Shown here: positions 38,816 to 48,317 of the stretch, in pieces
Numbering within the stretch: position 1 is the first letter of the stretch
Layout: every line of letters starts with the position of its first letter
Origin: Nitrospirota bacterium
GTDB taxonomy: Bacteria > Nitrospirota > UBA9217
DNA length: 64,000 nt
Direction: 5' to 3'
Assembly: GCA_023229435.1 (NCBI GenBank)
Contig: JALNZF010000013.1
Location: 10,433 to 74,432 of the forward strand
The notes under the pieces: model-generated
The model's database searches: none
Told to the model about the DNA's origin: nothing
The model's input: the letters and a program-made list of their open reading frames with translations, nothing else
Position numbers and translations under genes: made by a program

Positions 38816-40717
38816 TTATTTAAGCTCCACGGCGGCATCACCCGCTGTCCTGAGCGCCGGGTTGGAGGTGAACAAGATCACCTGGGTCTTCGCACCGAGG
38901 GTACGAAGGACCTGGCACGCCGCCTTCTGCCTCGCTGGATCGAGATCCGCGAGCGGATCGTCGAGAATGAACGGAAATCGCCTTTTCCCGGCGAGCGCCT
39001 CGACAAGACCGGCCCGGAGACAGAAGTAAATCAGGCTCCTGGTCCCGTGGCTCAGTTCCGGGTAGGCCACCACCGAGTCATCGTTGGCATGCACGATTGG
39101 ATCACCTTCCTGGCCGGCCTCGAGCCTTACATACTTGCCCGCGGTAACCGCAACCAGGTTCCTCTGGGCCGCCGCCTCGACCGCCGGGACAAGCGTCTCC
39201 ATCTCGATCCCTCCGGCCCTGCTTGCAATTCTCAGATCCTCAAGGAATCCGCCGTGACTGATGGTTGCAGAAAAATCCGCAAGATCATCGGGCAGTTCCT
39301 GCGCTTCAGCGCCGAAATCCCATGACGCCCCGGCGGACGCATTGGACACGTTGGAGTCCAATCGTTCGATATCCTGCCGTATACTGTAGGTGTCCACGTT
39401 GTTCCGGGCGACTGCCTGCGCCGCCTTTTCAAGTTCCACGATCTCCTGCTGCTTATGCTCATACTGCTGTCGGAGAGTTTTCGGGGTAAGGCCTTCAAAG
39501 CTGCGCTGGTGCTGCTCTTCAATATCGTCCGCGAGGGAGCGAAAATGGCGGTAGTTCTCTGCCTTTTCTTTGAGTTCAGCCGGTGTTGAGGCCCCCGCCA
39601 GGCGCATAGTGGCCGTGACACTTGCCCCGTCCTGCTGAAAACGTCGTTCAAGGCCGACAAGCTCCTGTTTCAGATCTTCCTCATCTCTCATAATCTTCTT
39701 GCGCCGCATATTCTTCCGGGAACCGTTGTACCACCCTCCGGCCATCAGGATAAGCGACAGGAGAAGGCCGGCAGGAAAAAGGAGTGCCAGCTCTTCCGTA
39801 AGCACGAACACGCCGGCCAGGATCGAGAGGACCCCCACCGTGACTCCGGCGATGAACAACGTGTCCGTAACAAGGTTCACGGCCGGTATCGCCGCAAGCT
39901 GCATCGTCAGCCCTTCGATCTGCTTGTTGAGCTCATCAGCATCCGCCTGTTTTTGGACCTGACGCCGCTCATAGGCCTCGATAAGCGCGGGAAGGTCCTG
40001 GGGCATCTTCTCGTACCCCTTGAGCGAATCGAGCGTTGACGCTATCTCCGCCTTTTTCTGTTCGATCTCTCCGAGTGAGCCTGTTTTTTTTTCAATTTCT
40101 TCCAGGGCAAGTTTGGCTGACTGGTACTTGTACTCGGCGTCCGCGGCCTCCTCCGCCAAGCGAAGGGACTCACGAAGTTCGGCAAGCCTTTCCCGATCTC
40201 CGGATGACTTCCCCCCCTCGGGTGGAACTCGCGTACCCGGCGCCGAACGCGGCTCCGCAGCTGACGCAATCGTGCCCGATCGGGCCGCGTGGTGCTCCCG
40301 CTGAAATATAAAAATCCTGGAGAAGTCCTCTTCGGTCATCCCCGTGGTCACCCTGCCCATGAACTGCACCGCGTTGTCCCAGTCCTTGTGCAAAAGGGTG
40401 TAGTCCTTGCTGGTCGCATTGTAGCGGGAAAGGTTCACGGCGCGTTTTGAAAAATCCTGGATGATGCGGAAGTATGCCCCGTCGTCGGTACACAGTACGA
40501 GCGCCGAACGTGAGGCATCGGGCGCATGCCTTGATACGAGCGCTTCGAGAAGTGCCGTCTGATTGCTTGGAAATAGAAGCCGCCGCAGGGAGTCTGCTGC
40601 CGTGGTCTTTCCCGACTCATTGCCGGCAACAACAATATTGAAATCGTCCTTGAATCTCAACCGGGCAAGTTCCCGAAATCCCCTTACTCCCTGCAGAACG
40701 AGCTCCACCAGGAACAT
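38816..40717 (-). CDS. YhaN/SMC-like AAA ATPase with coiled coils and a central TM hairpin
   Basis: GNESGKTT Walker A, LSHGTR signature, ILDDP Walker B, two hydrophobic helices mid-protein. Confidence 0.8.
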   Translation of the reverse strand: MFLVELVLQGVRGFRELARLRFKDDFNIVVAGNESGKTTAADSLRRLLFPSNQTALLEALVSRHAPDASRSALVLCTDDGAYFRIIQDFSKRAVNLSRYNATSKDYTLLHKDWDNAVQFMGRVTTGMTEEDFSRIFIFQREHHAARSGTIASAAEPRSAPGTRVPPEGGKSSGDRERLAELRESLRLAEEAADAEYKYQSAKLALEEIEKKTGSLGEIEQKKAEIASTLDSLKGYEKMPQDLPALIEAYERRQVQKQADADELNKQIEGLTMQLAAIPAVNLVTDTLFIAGVTVGVLSILAGVFVLTEELALLFPAGLLLSLILMAGGWYNGSRKNMRRKKIMRDEEDLKQELVGLERRFQQDGASVTATMRLAGASTPAELKEKAENYRHFRSLADDIEEQHQRSFEGLTPKTLRQQYEHKQQEIVELEKAAQAVARNNVDTYSIRQDIERLDSNVSNASAGASWDFGAEAQELPDDLADFSATISHGGFLEDLRIASRAGGIEMETLVPAVEAAAQRNLVAVTAGKYVRLEAGQEGDPIVHANDDSVVAYPELSHGTRSLIYFCLRAGLVEALAGKRRFPFILDDPLADLDPARQKAACQVLRTLGAKTQVILFTSNPALRTAGDAAVELK

Positions 40718-40794
40718 GAATAAGGCTCCTTTTCTCAATTAATTTCGTACTATAACGCAAGTGGGTGAAAGTTGCAACAGGGAAAAAGGTTCCC

Positions 40795-42321
40795 TCACAG
40801 CATCTCCAGCGACTTCCTAAGCGCCTCGGCCTTCTGGAGGGTCTCGAAGTATTCCTGCTCGGGAACGGAATCCGCAACGATCCCGGCCCCGACCTGGATA
40901 TGCGCGATCCCGTCCTTCACCACAAAGGTCCTGATGATGATGTTCAGGTCCATGTCGCCGGTGTTCGACAGGTATCCGATGGAGCCGGTATAGGGTCCGC
41001 GCGCCATGGGTTCAAGCTCGTTGATGATCTCCATGCATCGGACCTTTGGCACGCCCGTGATCGTGCCTCCCGGAAAAACAGCGCGCAGCAGGTCGAAGGC
41101 GTCCCGCCCCGGCGCAAGCGTTCCCCGGACATTCGAAACGATATGAATAACGTGGGAATAATCCTCCACGACCATCATTTCATCCACCCGGACCGTCCCG
41201 TACTCGCACACCCTGCCGAGGTCGTTCCGCTCGAGATCGAGCAGCATGATATGCTCCGCCCGTTCCTTTTCGTTAGTCAGGAGTTCCGCGGAAAGCGTTC
41301 TTGTTTCCGTGCCGTCCTTTCCCCTCCGGCGGGTGCCCGCGATCGGCCTCGTATCGGCGGTCCCATTATGGAGGCGGACCAGACGCTCAGGGGAAGAGCT
41401 CACCAGCTGCAGGTCACCGAAATCAAGGTATGCGGAAAACGGCGACGGATTGATGTTTCGCAGAATGGTGTATAAGCGAAGCGGGTCCGCATCATTGATC
41501 GATGCCGAGAGCCGCTGGGAAAGATTCGCCTGATAGATGTCCCCTGCCGCGATATATTCCTTGCACTGCATGACCATTGCTTCAAATTGGTTTTTCGTCA
41601 CGTTCGGCGTGAGGCTGAAGCGCTTCGCGTCGCTTTTTTCAGAGACGTGAGCATCGCTCCTGTCACTCTGAGCTATCAGCTTTGAGCGAAGAGCCGTGAC
41701 TCGCTGTTCCGCCTCATCATAAAGCCTGCCCCACTGGTCCGGCTCCGGTCTCCGGAAGCCCATCTCCTGCTCCCGGGCGCCCGGGTTGACGATCACCCAG
41801 GCCTTTTCCAGGATATGATCAAAGGCAACAACCCTGTCCACGAACATAAAATACGCCTCGGGAATGTCGAGATCGATCCGCGCCTTGCGCGGAAGCTTCT
41901 CGATCTGATGCGCAAAATCGTACGAGAAGAACCCCACCGCACCTCCGGTGAATGGGGGCAGTCCGTCAACCCGCGCTGTCCGGTAATTGGCGAGCAGCTC
42001 ACGCAGCTTCACGAGCGGCTTCCGGTTCATGGATGTCCGCCTTCCATATTTGCCCGCGGGCGTGACCGGCAGGCTGAGTTCCACAGCATCCCCGCGGGAC
42101 TTGAAAATCAGGTAGGGGTCCGCCGTGACAAACGAATACCGTCCGATCTTGTCGTTCACCCGGGCGCTTTCGAGAAGAACAGGGTTGCCTTCCTTCCTGA
42201 TGGACTCAAGCGCCGATAGCGGCGTGAGTCGCGGCAGGTCGAGTTCAACGGAAAGAGGCAGGATCTTCCCGGACCGAAGCGCATCGAGGAATTCATTTTT
42301 TGAGGGCTTGATCGAATGCAT
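40795..42321 (-). CDS. Anthranilate/aminodeoxychorismate synthase component I (TrpE/PabB family; PabB-like)
   Basis: LLES..GRYSF, GDIYQANLS, NPSPFSAYL, RPIAGT, EHIMLLDLERNDLG. Confidence 0.9.
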   Translation of the reverse strand: MHSIKPSKNEFLDALRSGKILPLSVELDLPRLTPLSALESIRKEGNPVLLESARVNDKIGRYSFVTADPYLIFKSRGDAVELSLPVTPAGKYGRRTSMNRKPLVKLRELLANYRTARVDGLPPFTGGAVGFFSYDFAHQIEKLPRKARIDLDIPEAYFMFVDRVVAFDHILEKAWVIVNPGAREQEMGFRRPEPDQWGRLYDEAEQRVTALRSKLIAQSDRSDAHVSEKSDAKRFSLTPNVTKNQFEAMVMQCKEYIAAGDIYQANLSQRLSASINDADPLRLYTILRNINPSPFSAYLDFGDLQLVSSSPERLVRLHNGTADTRPIAGTRRRGKDGTETRTLSAELLTNEKERAEHIMLLDLERNDLGRVCEYGTVRVDEMMVVEDYSHVIHIVSNVRGTLAPGRDAFDLLRAVFPGGTITGVPKVRCMEIINELEPMARGPYTGSIGYLSNTGDMDLNIIIRTFVVKDGIAHIQVGAGIVADSVPEQEYFETLQKAEALRKSLEML

Positions 42322-42465
42322 AATAAAGTGGGGAAATTCTAAAGGCAATTCATCAACGGGTCAAGACAATTCTTAAAATAAATCCCGCAGAATGACTCAG
42401 GTTGTGCTATATTATAGTCAGCAAGGAGACATCGATCTTTCTAAAGAAACGCACCAGGTTCACAG

Positions 42466-42782
42466 GGCGTTGCCGGACCATCACCGACTAGGTGTAGAGA
42501 TGATAACCCGTTCTGAGGGGAATCAAGCACCGTGCCGGATGGAGAGCCGAAACCGGTAAGAAATCCGCAAGTTGAGCAGATATTCACCGGTTGATTCACA
42601 GGCTGCCATTAAGCACGGAAGAGCCGAATACCCCGAAGCCGAGGGAATTTGCGGGACGAAAGGAACAATGAGCTTCACAGGGTCTGCTGAGCAGAGCCAC
42701 AGAAGCAGCCATTGAGATCCCCGCAGAGAATTCCCGGCTAAACGGAATATCAGTAACGGTCCGCGGGCAACGCCTTTTTTTT
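42466..42782 (+). ncRNA. Candidate large structured non-coding RNA
   Basis: Ends pair (GGCGTTGCC-GGACC / GGTCC-GCG-GGCAACGCC) followed by T8; nested internal helices; TGnTATATT upstream; no credible ORF. Confidence 0.55.
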
Positions 42783-42923
42783 ATTTTCATCCTCTCTCCC
42801 GGAGCTACACTGCTCCCGATACCAGGACCTCTCCAACGCACACAATCTTTCACTCGACAAAATAATAAAAATATTTTAAACTATTTCTCTGCATGGCCTA
42901 TGCATTGACGGAGGAAATCAGCG

Positions 42924-43316
42924 ATGAACCATATCATGGACGTTAAGATCTATTACGAGGACACGGACTGCGGCGGAGTCGTGTACTATGCCAACTACCT
43001 GCGCTACATGGAGCGGGCGCGGACCGAGTACTTGGCGTCCCGGGGCTCTTCGGTCAAAACGCTGATGGATCAGGGCACGATCTTCATGGTGTTCCGTGTC
43101 GAGATCGACTACAAAGCTCCGGCACGGTACGGAGACACGATCGAGATCGAAACCTGGGTCAGTGACGTGACGCGGGCCACGATGATATTCGAACATGTGA
43201 TGCGGGAGAAGACGTCCCGTCGTGTTTTCGTCGAATGCAGGGCAAAGGTCGTCGCGGTCGATGCCAACGCAAGACCCAAACGCCTTCCCCAGGAGTATGT
43301 GGATAAGATCAAGTGA
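42924..43316 (+). CDS. YbgC/FadM-family acyl-CoA thioesterase
   Basis: YYEDTDCGGVVYYANYLRYMERAR. Confidence 0.92.
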   Translation: MNHIMDVKIYYEDTDCGGVVYYANYLRYMERARTEYLASRGSSVKTLMDQGTIFMVFRVEIDYKAPARYGDTIEIETWVSDVTRATMIFEHVMREKTSRRVFVECRAKVVAVDANARPKRLPQEYVDKIK

Positions 43317-44047
43317 CGATCCTGACCCATGACAGCATTTCTCTACGGAGCTCCGGTGTGGTGAGCATCACCCAGCCTGAAAAAGGCTTTCGATTCACCC
43401 TTGACAGCCTTCTGCTCGCTGACTTCTGCCGCGCTCAGAAGCGCGACCGCATACTCGAACCGGGCGCGGGAACCGGGATCATTTCACTTCTGCTTGCGCG
43501 AAAATATCCGGGAGCGCGGTTCATTGCCGCTGAAATCGAACCCCAGGCTTTCAACCTCCTCTGCCGGAATATCGAGCACAATGGACTCGCTGACGCCATC
43601 GTGCCTCTTGATCGTGACATACGACGTCTCGGCCGATCGATCACAGAGAGCTCGTTCGATGTCATCATCGCAAATCCGCCCTATACCAGATGCGGAACCG
43701 GCAGAACAAGCCCCTCCCGTGAACGGCAAACCGCGCGTCAGGACCAGACCGCGTCTCTCTCTTGCTGGCTCGATCTCCAAATCTTGTTAAAGAACAAGGG
43801 GAAATACTTCCTCGTCTTTCCCGCACGCCGCGCAGCAGAATTGATGTCTCTCTTGCGGGAGCGGGGGATGGAACCAAAGCGCCTTCGGTGTGTGCATCCT
43901 TTTCATGACAAACCTGCGTCGCTCGTGCTGATCGAAGCGATCAAGACCAAAGGGATCGGTCTTGATATTCTGCCGCCGCTGGTCGTTCATGAACGGGGTG
44001 GTGGTTATACGGAAGAGATGCAGGAGATCTATGGGATGGTTGGATGA
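43313..44047 (+). CDS. tRNA1(Val) A37 N6-methyltransferase-like (YfiC/TrmN6)
   Basis: QPEKGFRFTLDSLLL, GAGTG, ANPPY, EPKRLR. Confidence 0.85.
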   Translation: MTILTHDSISLRSSGVVSITQPEKGFRFTLDSLLLADFCRAQKRDRILEPGAGTGIISLLLARKYPGARFIAAEIEPQAFNLLCRNIEHNGLADAIVPLDRDIRRLGRSITESSFDVIIANPPYTRCGTGRTSPSRERQTARQDQTASLSCWLDLQILLKNKGKYFLVFPARRAAELMSLLRERGMEPKRLRCVHPFHDKPASLVLIEAIKTKGIGLDILPPLVVHERGGGYTEEMQEIYGMVG

Positions 44048-44118
44048 TGGAATGCCCTGTCAATCCTTTCCCCTTGCTCCAAGCCTCCTGACCCCCGAAC
44101 CTCGAACCCTGAACCCTT

Positions 44119-44976
44119 TTACTTATGCCTTATAAACGTCCCGTTCCGATACTCTTCAAACGCAGTCTCCAGTTCCTCATCCGTATTCATCACGATCGGT
44201 CCAAACCACGCCACCGGTTCTCTGATCGGCCTGCCCGAGATCAGCAGGAAGCGCACCGCGTCGTCCTCTGTTGAAACAACAACCTGATCGCCATCGGCAA
44301 AAAGACAGAGCGTCCCATTCCCGATGAATGCCTTCTTCAGATCATCGAAATGGCCCTTGCCTTCGATGACGTAGGCGAACACCGTATGCCCGCGTTTCGT
44401 TGCATGGATGAATTCCGTTTTCGCGGGTACCGTTATGTCGAGATACTCCGGATCGATGACAATGTCCTTCACCGGTCCCTGGTTATCATCCACCCTGCCG
44501 CAGATGACCTTTATCTTGCCGCCGTTCTCCAGCACGACCTCCGGCACCTGTCGGCTTTTTATGTCCCGGTACCGCGGTTCCATCATCTTATGGGACCTCG
44601 GGAGATTGGCCCAGAGCTGAAACCCCTCCATGCGTCCATCCGGACCTCCCTTCGGCATTTCCTGATGGATGATGCCGCTTCCCGCGGTCATCCATTGCGT
44701 GTCGCCGGACGAGATGACGCCTTTGTTCCCCATGCTGTCGCCGTGCTCAACATCGCCCGTGAGCATATACGTGATCGTTTCGATCCCGCGATGCGGATGC
44801 CAGGGGAAGCCCTTGAGATACTGTTCTGGATTGTCCGAGCGGAAATCGTCGAGCAGTAAGAACGGATCGAACAGCGGGAGTTCGCTGAATCCGAATACCC
44901 TCTTAAGATGCACCCCGGCGCCTTCGAGTGTCGGCTTGCTTTTGATGATTTTCTGTATCTTTCTTGTGTCTTTCAT
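44119..44976 (-). CDS. Pirin-family protein
   Basis: DPFLLLD, HPHRGIET, WMTAGSGIIHQE, GPIVMN. Confidence 0.95.
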   Translation of the reverse strand: MKDTRKIQKIIKSKPTLEGAGVHLKRVFGFSELPLFDPFLLLDDFRSDNPEQYLKGFPWHPHRGIETITYMLTGDVEHGDSMGNKGVISSGDTQWMTAGSGIIHQEMPKGGPDGRMEGFQLWANLPRSHKMMEPRYRDIKSRQVPEVVLENGGKIKVICGRVDDNQGPVKDIVIDPEYLDITVPAKTEFIHATKRGHTVFAYVIEGKGHFDDLKKAFIGNGTLCLFADGDQVVVSTEDDAVRFLLISGRPIREPVAWFGPIVMNTDEELETAFEEYRNGTFIRHK

Positions 44977-45328
44977 GGCGTACCTCCATTAAAATCCTCA
45001 CGCAATATAACAACAAGAGCCGGATTTTACCGCCGGCAATGTCTATTTGTATCAATGACTTGACGATGTAATTATATTACCACAAACGCGACCAGGGCGA
45101 TGCCGGGTCCGGCAATGGCAAATACATGGAAAAACCTCTGCTCCCGGGTGGATAAGGCACAAAATAGACCCCAAAACTAAGGTTGCTTTTATTCAAAAAA
45201 CGTGAGATAATAACGACATCGGAATAAGATTTTACAAAAAGGCCGCAGAGGACCAAACGAAAAAGGCCACAAGGACAGGCGTCTTTGCGGCTTTTCCATT
45301 TTGAGTACGTTTGTCAGAAAGGAACACC

Positions 45329-45715
45329 ATGGCGCTTAAGCAAAATTACAAGGAAAAGCTGGAAGTGAAACGAAACGCTATGCTCGCCGCTGGTTTGGTT
45401 TCCGAACGGTTTCCCGCGGTTTCAAACATCATGTTTCGCATGACCTATTACCAAAGGACAGCGGACCCGGTCCTGATGACGCGTACCATAAGCTTTAATC
45501 CCACTAATTACGCCTGTTTTCACCTCGAATGCATGCGGGAAGAATGCACCAACGGCGGTTTTGACCTGGCGCCGGTGGTTGCCGGTCTGATCAAAAATAA
45601 TAAGAAATCTGTATCAGGAAAGATCGTCTGCAACGGAAAAAGCGAGGACCTCCGGCATGGTCATGCCAGCATCGCCTATGAGGTCAGCGTCCAGTACAAC
45701 AAGCAGGCTAAATAA
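45329..45715 (+). CDS. Hypothetical Cys/His protein
   Basis: AGAAAGGA RBS; ECMREECTNGGFDL...VCNG...H. Confidence 0.7.
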   Translation: MALKQNYKEKLEVKRNAMLAAGLVSERFPAVSNIMFRMTYYQRTADPVLMTRTISFNPTNYACFHLECMREECTNGGFDLAPVVAGLIKNNKKSVSGKIVCNGKSEDLRHGHASIAYEVSVQYNKQAK

Positions 45716-45853
45716 GGTTTCTCTCTTCCTCACAGGACCCCAACAAGCAATGTTTCGCCTCCCCGCGGTCAGATGCTGACCGCGCACTGTTTTTCCCTTG
45801 TCTCTTGACTTTCAGCGATCCTTTGCCTATTCTCTTTAACAGAATCCGGAACG

Positions 45854-46966
45854 ATGACGATCAAAAAACACATAAGCACGATCATCCTGCTGCTGCTGAT
45901 CGTCCTGCACCACTCCGTGGCAGCCTGGGCACAAGGCGAAGATACGTCCCCTCCCGCGGCGACCACGCAGGAACAGGAGTCGCAAGCATCACAGGGACAG
46001 CCTTCGGAAACCGTGGAACCAACGACTGCGCCGCTTGTCGAAACTCTGCGATCAGCCCCCTCGGACACGTCATCGAAACCCCGGGCGGCCGACCCGAAGA
46101 TGGGTTTTATTGATGCGCTGCACGGCCAAATATCCGACCGGCTTCTTACGACCGCGGTCTGGCTGGACTCCTTTTTCGAGGACGAGCGCGTGGAGAAAGA
46201 AATAAACCGGTCATATATACGGGTCCGGTATGATGTTTTTCATGAAGAGCGGGCTGGAGCTACATACCGGCCGACGGTCAGTATGCGCCTGGCGCTGCCG
46301 CAGCTGGAGAAGAAGGCCCATCTTGTCGTCTCGGCTGAGCAGCCCGAACCCGCGTCAAGCACCCCTGTCCCGGCAGGCACGACCGGAGACCGTATCGGGA
46401 AGACCGACGAGCGAAATGTCACCACCGCGGTCCACTATGTTCTCCGTTCCACTGAGGAACAAAATTTTATTGTGAGGAGTGGAGCGCAGTTCAGTCATGG
46501 GTCGCCCGTATTGTTCGTCGCACCCCGGTACCGGTACTTTGTCCCGCTCACGACATGGGATTTCCGGTTCACGCAGGAGGCTGTCTGGAAAACGGACACC
46601 AAGTGGCAGGTGGACACGCTCTTGGATCTCGAGCGGCAGCTCCCGCGCGGGTTCTTTTTCCGCTCGAGCCTCGGCGGCACCTGGCTGGATGGCACCAATG
46701 GATATTTTTACAGTCTCAGCTTCTCGCTTCGCCAGCCCCTCGATGCGAAGCACGCCCTTGACTATGCGTGGATCAACAGCTATCAAACCAGACCGAACTA
46801 CCAATTGTCCGAGATCCTTTTCACTATCCGATACCGCCAGAACGTATGGAGGGACTGGTTCTTTTTCGAGGTGGCCCCCCAGCTGCGGTTCCCCCGGTCT
46901 GGAAACTTCGACGGCACTCCCGGGATCCTGTTCCGGCTTGAACTGTATTTCGGGAAAAAGGTTTAG
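45854..46966 (+). CDS. Exported protein, probable outer-membrane beta-barrel
   Basis: Signal peptide, alternating aromatic strands, ends FRLELYFG. Confidence 0.7.
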   Translation: MTIKKHISTIILLLLIVLHHSVAAWAQGEDTSPPAATTQEQESQASQGQPSETVEPTTAPLVETLRSAPSDTSSKPRAADPKMGFIDALHGQISDRLLTTAVWLDSFFEDERVEKEINRSYIRVRYDVFHEERAGATYRPTVSMRLALPQLEKKAHLVVSAEQPEPASSTPVPAGTTGDRIGKTDERNVTTAVHYVLRSTEEQNFIVRSGAQFSHGSPVLFVAPRYRYFVPLTTWDFRFTQEAVWKTDTKWQVDTLLDLERQLPRGFFFRSSLGGTWLDGTNGYFYSLSFSLRQPLDAKHALDYAWINSYQTRPNYQLSEILFTIRYRQNVWRDWFFFEVAPQLRFPRSGNFDGTPGILFRLELYFGKKV

Positions 46967-47093
46967 CAGAAAAAGGGAAATGCAGAATGAGCGTCACATG
47001 ACAGGTCAACAGGCAAATGCGGTCGCGACAATATTCGATACCATCAGAATCCTCAATAAAGACGGGGGTGTTCTGCGGAAAGTCACCCCTCTG

Positions 47094-47615
47094 TCACGCA
47101 TCGCCTTTTTGACCGATGAAGTAATCGCTCTTTTCCTTGAAAAGAATGTTGAAGGTGGTAAGCGATCCGTATATGCGCGTGAGGTACTGCTGCAGTTCCA
47201 CCTTTTCATTGTCCGTAAGGACCTTGTGGCCGTTGATCTGGGTTTCCATGACCCGCAGACGGTCGCGGACCATCACGATCTTATGAAAGAACGTCTCGAT
47301 GGGCACGCTCTTTGACGCAAGTTTCGAATCGCCCGGCTTGAGGACCATCTCGCCGCCCTTCCAGCGGGCGCCCAATTCGGTCTGCGGCAGGTCTTCCCGG
47401 CTGACCTCGAACGCCGCGAGCTTCATCATATCGTAGGCCGCCATCTCGGCGTCGGTCAGCACCAGAAGTTCCTCGGCCGCCACCACGGTCTTTCTGTCCA
47501 TGCGGGGAAAATGGACCGTGCACTGCTGATCGTCCCCCCCGCCGGATGTCTCCTCGACGCGGCCGATGCCGAATTGCTCGTGTCGCACCAGATCGCCCTG
47601 GATCATGTTCCCCAT
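47094..47615 (-). CDS. Hypothetical protein (SH3-like N-terminus)
   Basis: GDLVRHEQFGIGRV; FFHKIVMVRDRLRVME; QYLTRIYGSLTTFN; GGAGG RBS. Confidence 0.75.
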   Translation of the reverse strand: MGNMIQGDLVRHEQFGIGRVEETSGGGDDQQCTVHFPRMDRKTVVAAEELLVLTDAEMAAYDMMKLAAFEVSREDLPQTELGARWKGGEMVLKPGDSKLASKSVPIETFFHKIVMVRDRLRVMETQINGHKVLTDNEKVELQQYLTRIYGSLTTFNILFKEKSDYFIGQKGDA

Positions 47616-47669
47616 ATCAACCCTCCCTGATATCTGCTGAATATCGTTAACACCATGGATAACTGCCGA

Positions 47670-48317
47670 TTAAAATGCGTACTTCTCCAACTTCTCCAGC
47701 ACCTTGATATGGAGAAGTTCAGAGGGAATGATGCGGAGCTCTATTAGTTCACGGTTTCCCTCCAGCGGGTTTGTCGGCTGGGCAGCGGCCACAAAGGACG
47801 TCCCGTATCGTATCCCGAGCTGGGGCTCTGCGAAGAACAGCGCGTCCTGAATAAACCCGGCCGTCCGCTGCGCCTGCATCCTCTCCGCGGCATACGTCAT
47901 CCAGGTGCCGCTTGAAGTGAACCGCGAAACGATCAGGACAAGGCTGATATCAGATCGTGTCTGTTCATTGTCCATCAGCAGTAAAAAAATGCGGGCAAGC
48001 TTCTTGAGATTGGTCTGCGCCGAGGCCTTCAGGGCGCCGTCCCGCGAAAACAGGAACGACCTCTCGATGAGAATTGAGCTCGCTCGTATCTTGAGACCTT
48101 TGACCAATTCCGCTCCGAACTCTTTCTGAAATATCACTTTGATGCTCTTGGAAAATTCGTTTCGGGGCTGGGAAAGGGCAAGGGCCGGTTCCAGGAATCG
48201 CTGGATCTTGACTGCCCGATAGTAGAGCAGGGCGCTCAGGAGCACCAGGCCGATCAGCAGAATGCTGAGGACCGGGCCGGCAGGCGGCGTGTATCTCCAG
48301 AGGGATCTATCCTTCAT
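47670..48317 (-). CDS. Single-TM protein with a degenerate MotB/OmpA-C-like domain
   Basis: N-terminal TM; LFSRDGALK...LKKLA...NRELIELRI echoes the OmpA-C LF..G..L...NRRIEI pattern. Confidence 0.55.
   Translation of the reverse strand: MKDRSLWRYTPPAGPVLSILLIGLVLLSALLYYRAVKIQRFLEPALALSQPRNEFSKSIKVIFQKEFGAELVKGLKIRASSILIERSFLFSRDGALKASAQTNLKKLARIFLLLMDNEQTRSDISLVLIVSRFTSSGTWMTYAAERMQAQRTAGFIQDALFFAEPQLGIRYGTSFVAAAQPTNPLEGNRELIELRIIPSELLHIKVLEKLEKYAF

Noticed and set aside
42466..42782. Structured region as RNase P RNA, SRP RNA, tmRNA, T-box or glycine riboswitch
   Set aside because: Lacks GAGGAAAGUCC, the SRP GGAA tetraloop context, tRNA-like ends and the T-box motif; resemblances are only partial
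47670..48317. MotB-like gene as Zorya zorB
   Set aside because: No ZorA/MotA-like partner or zorC/D/E genes nearby; the OmpA-C similarity is degenerate
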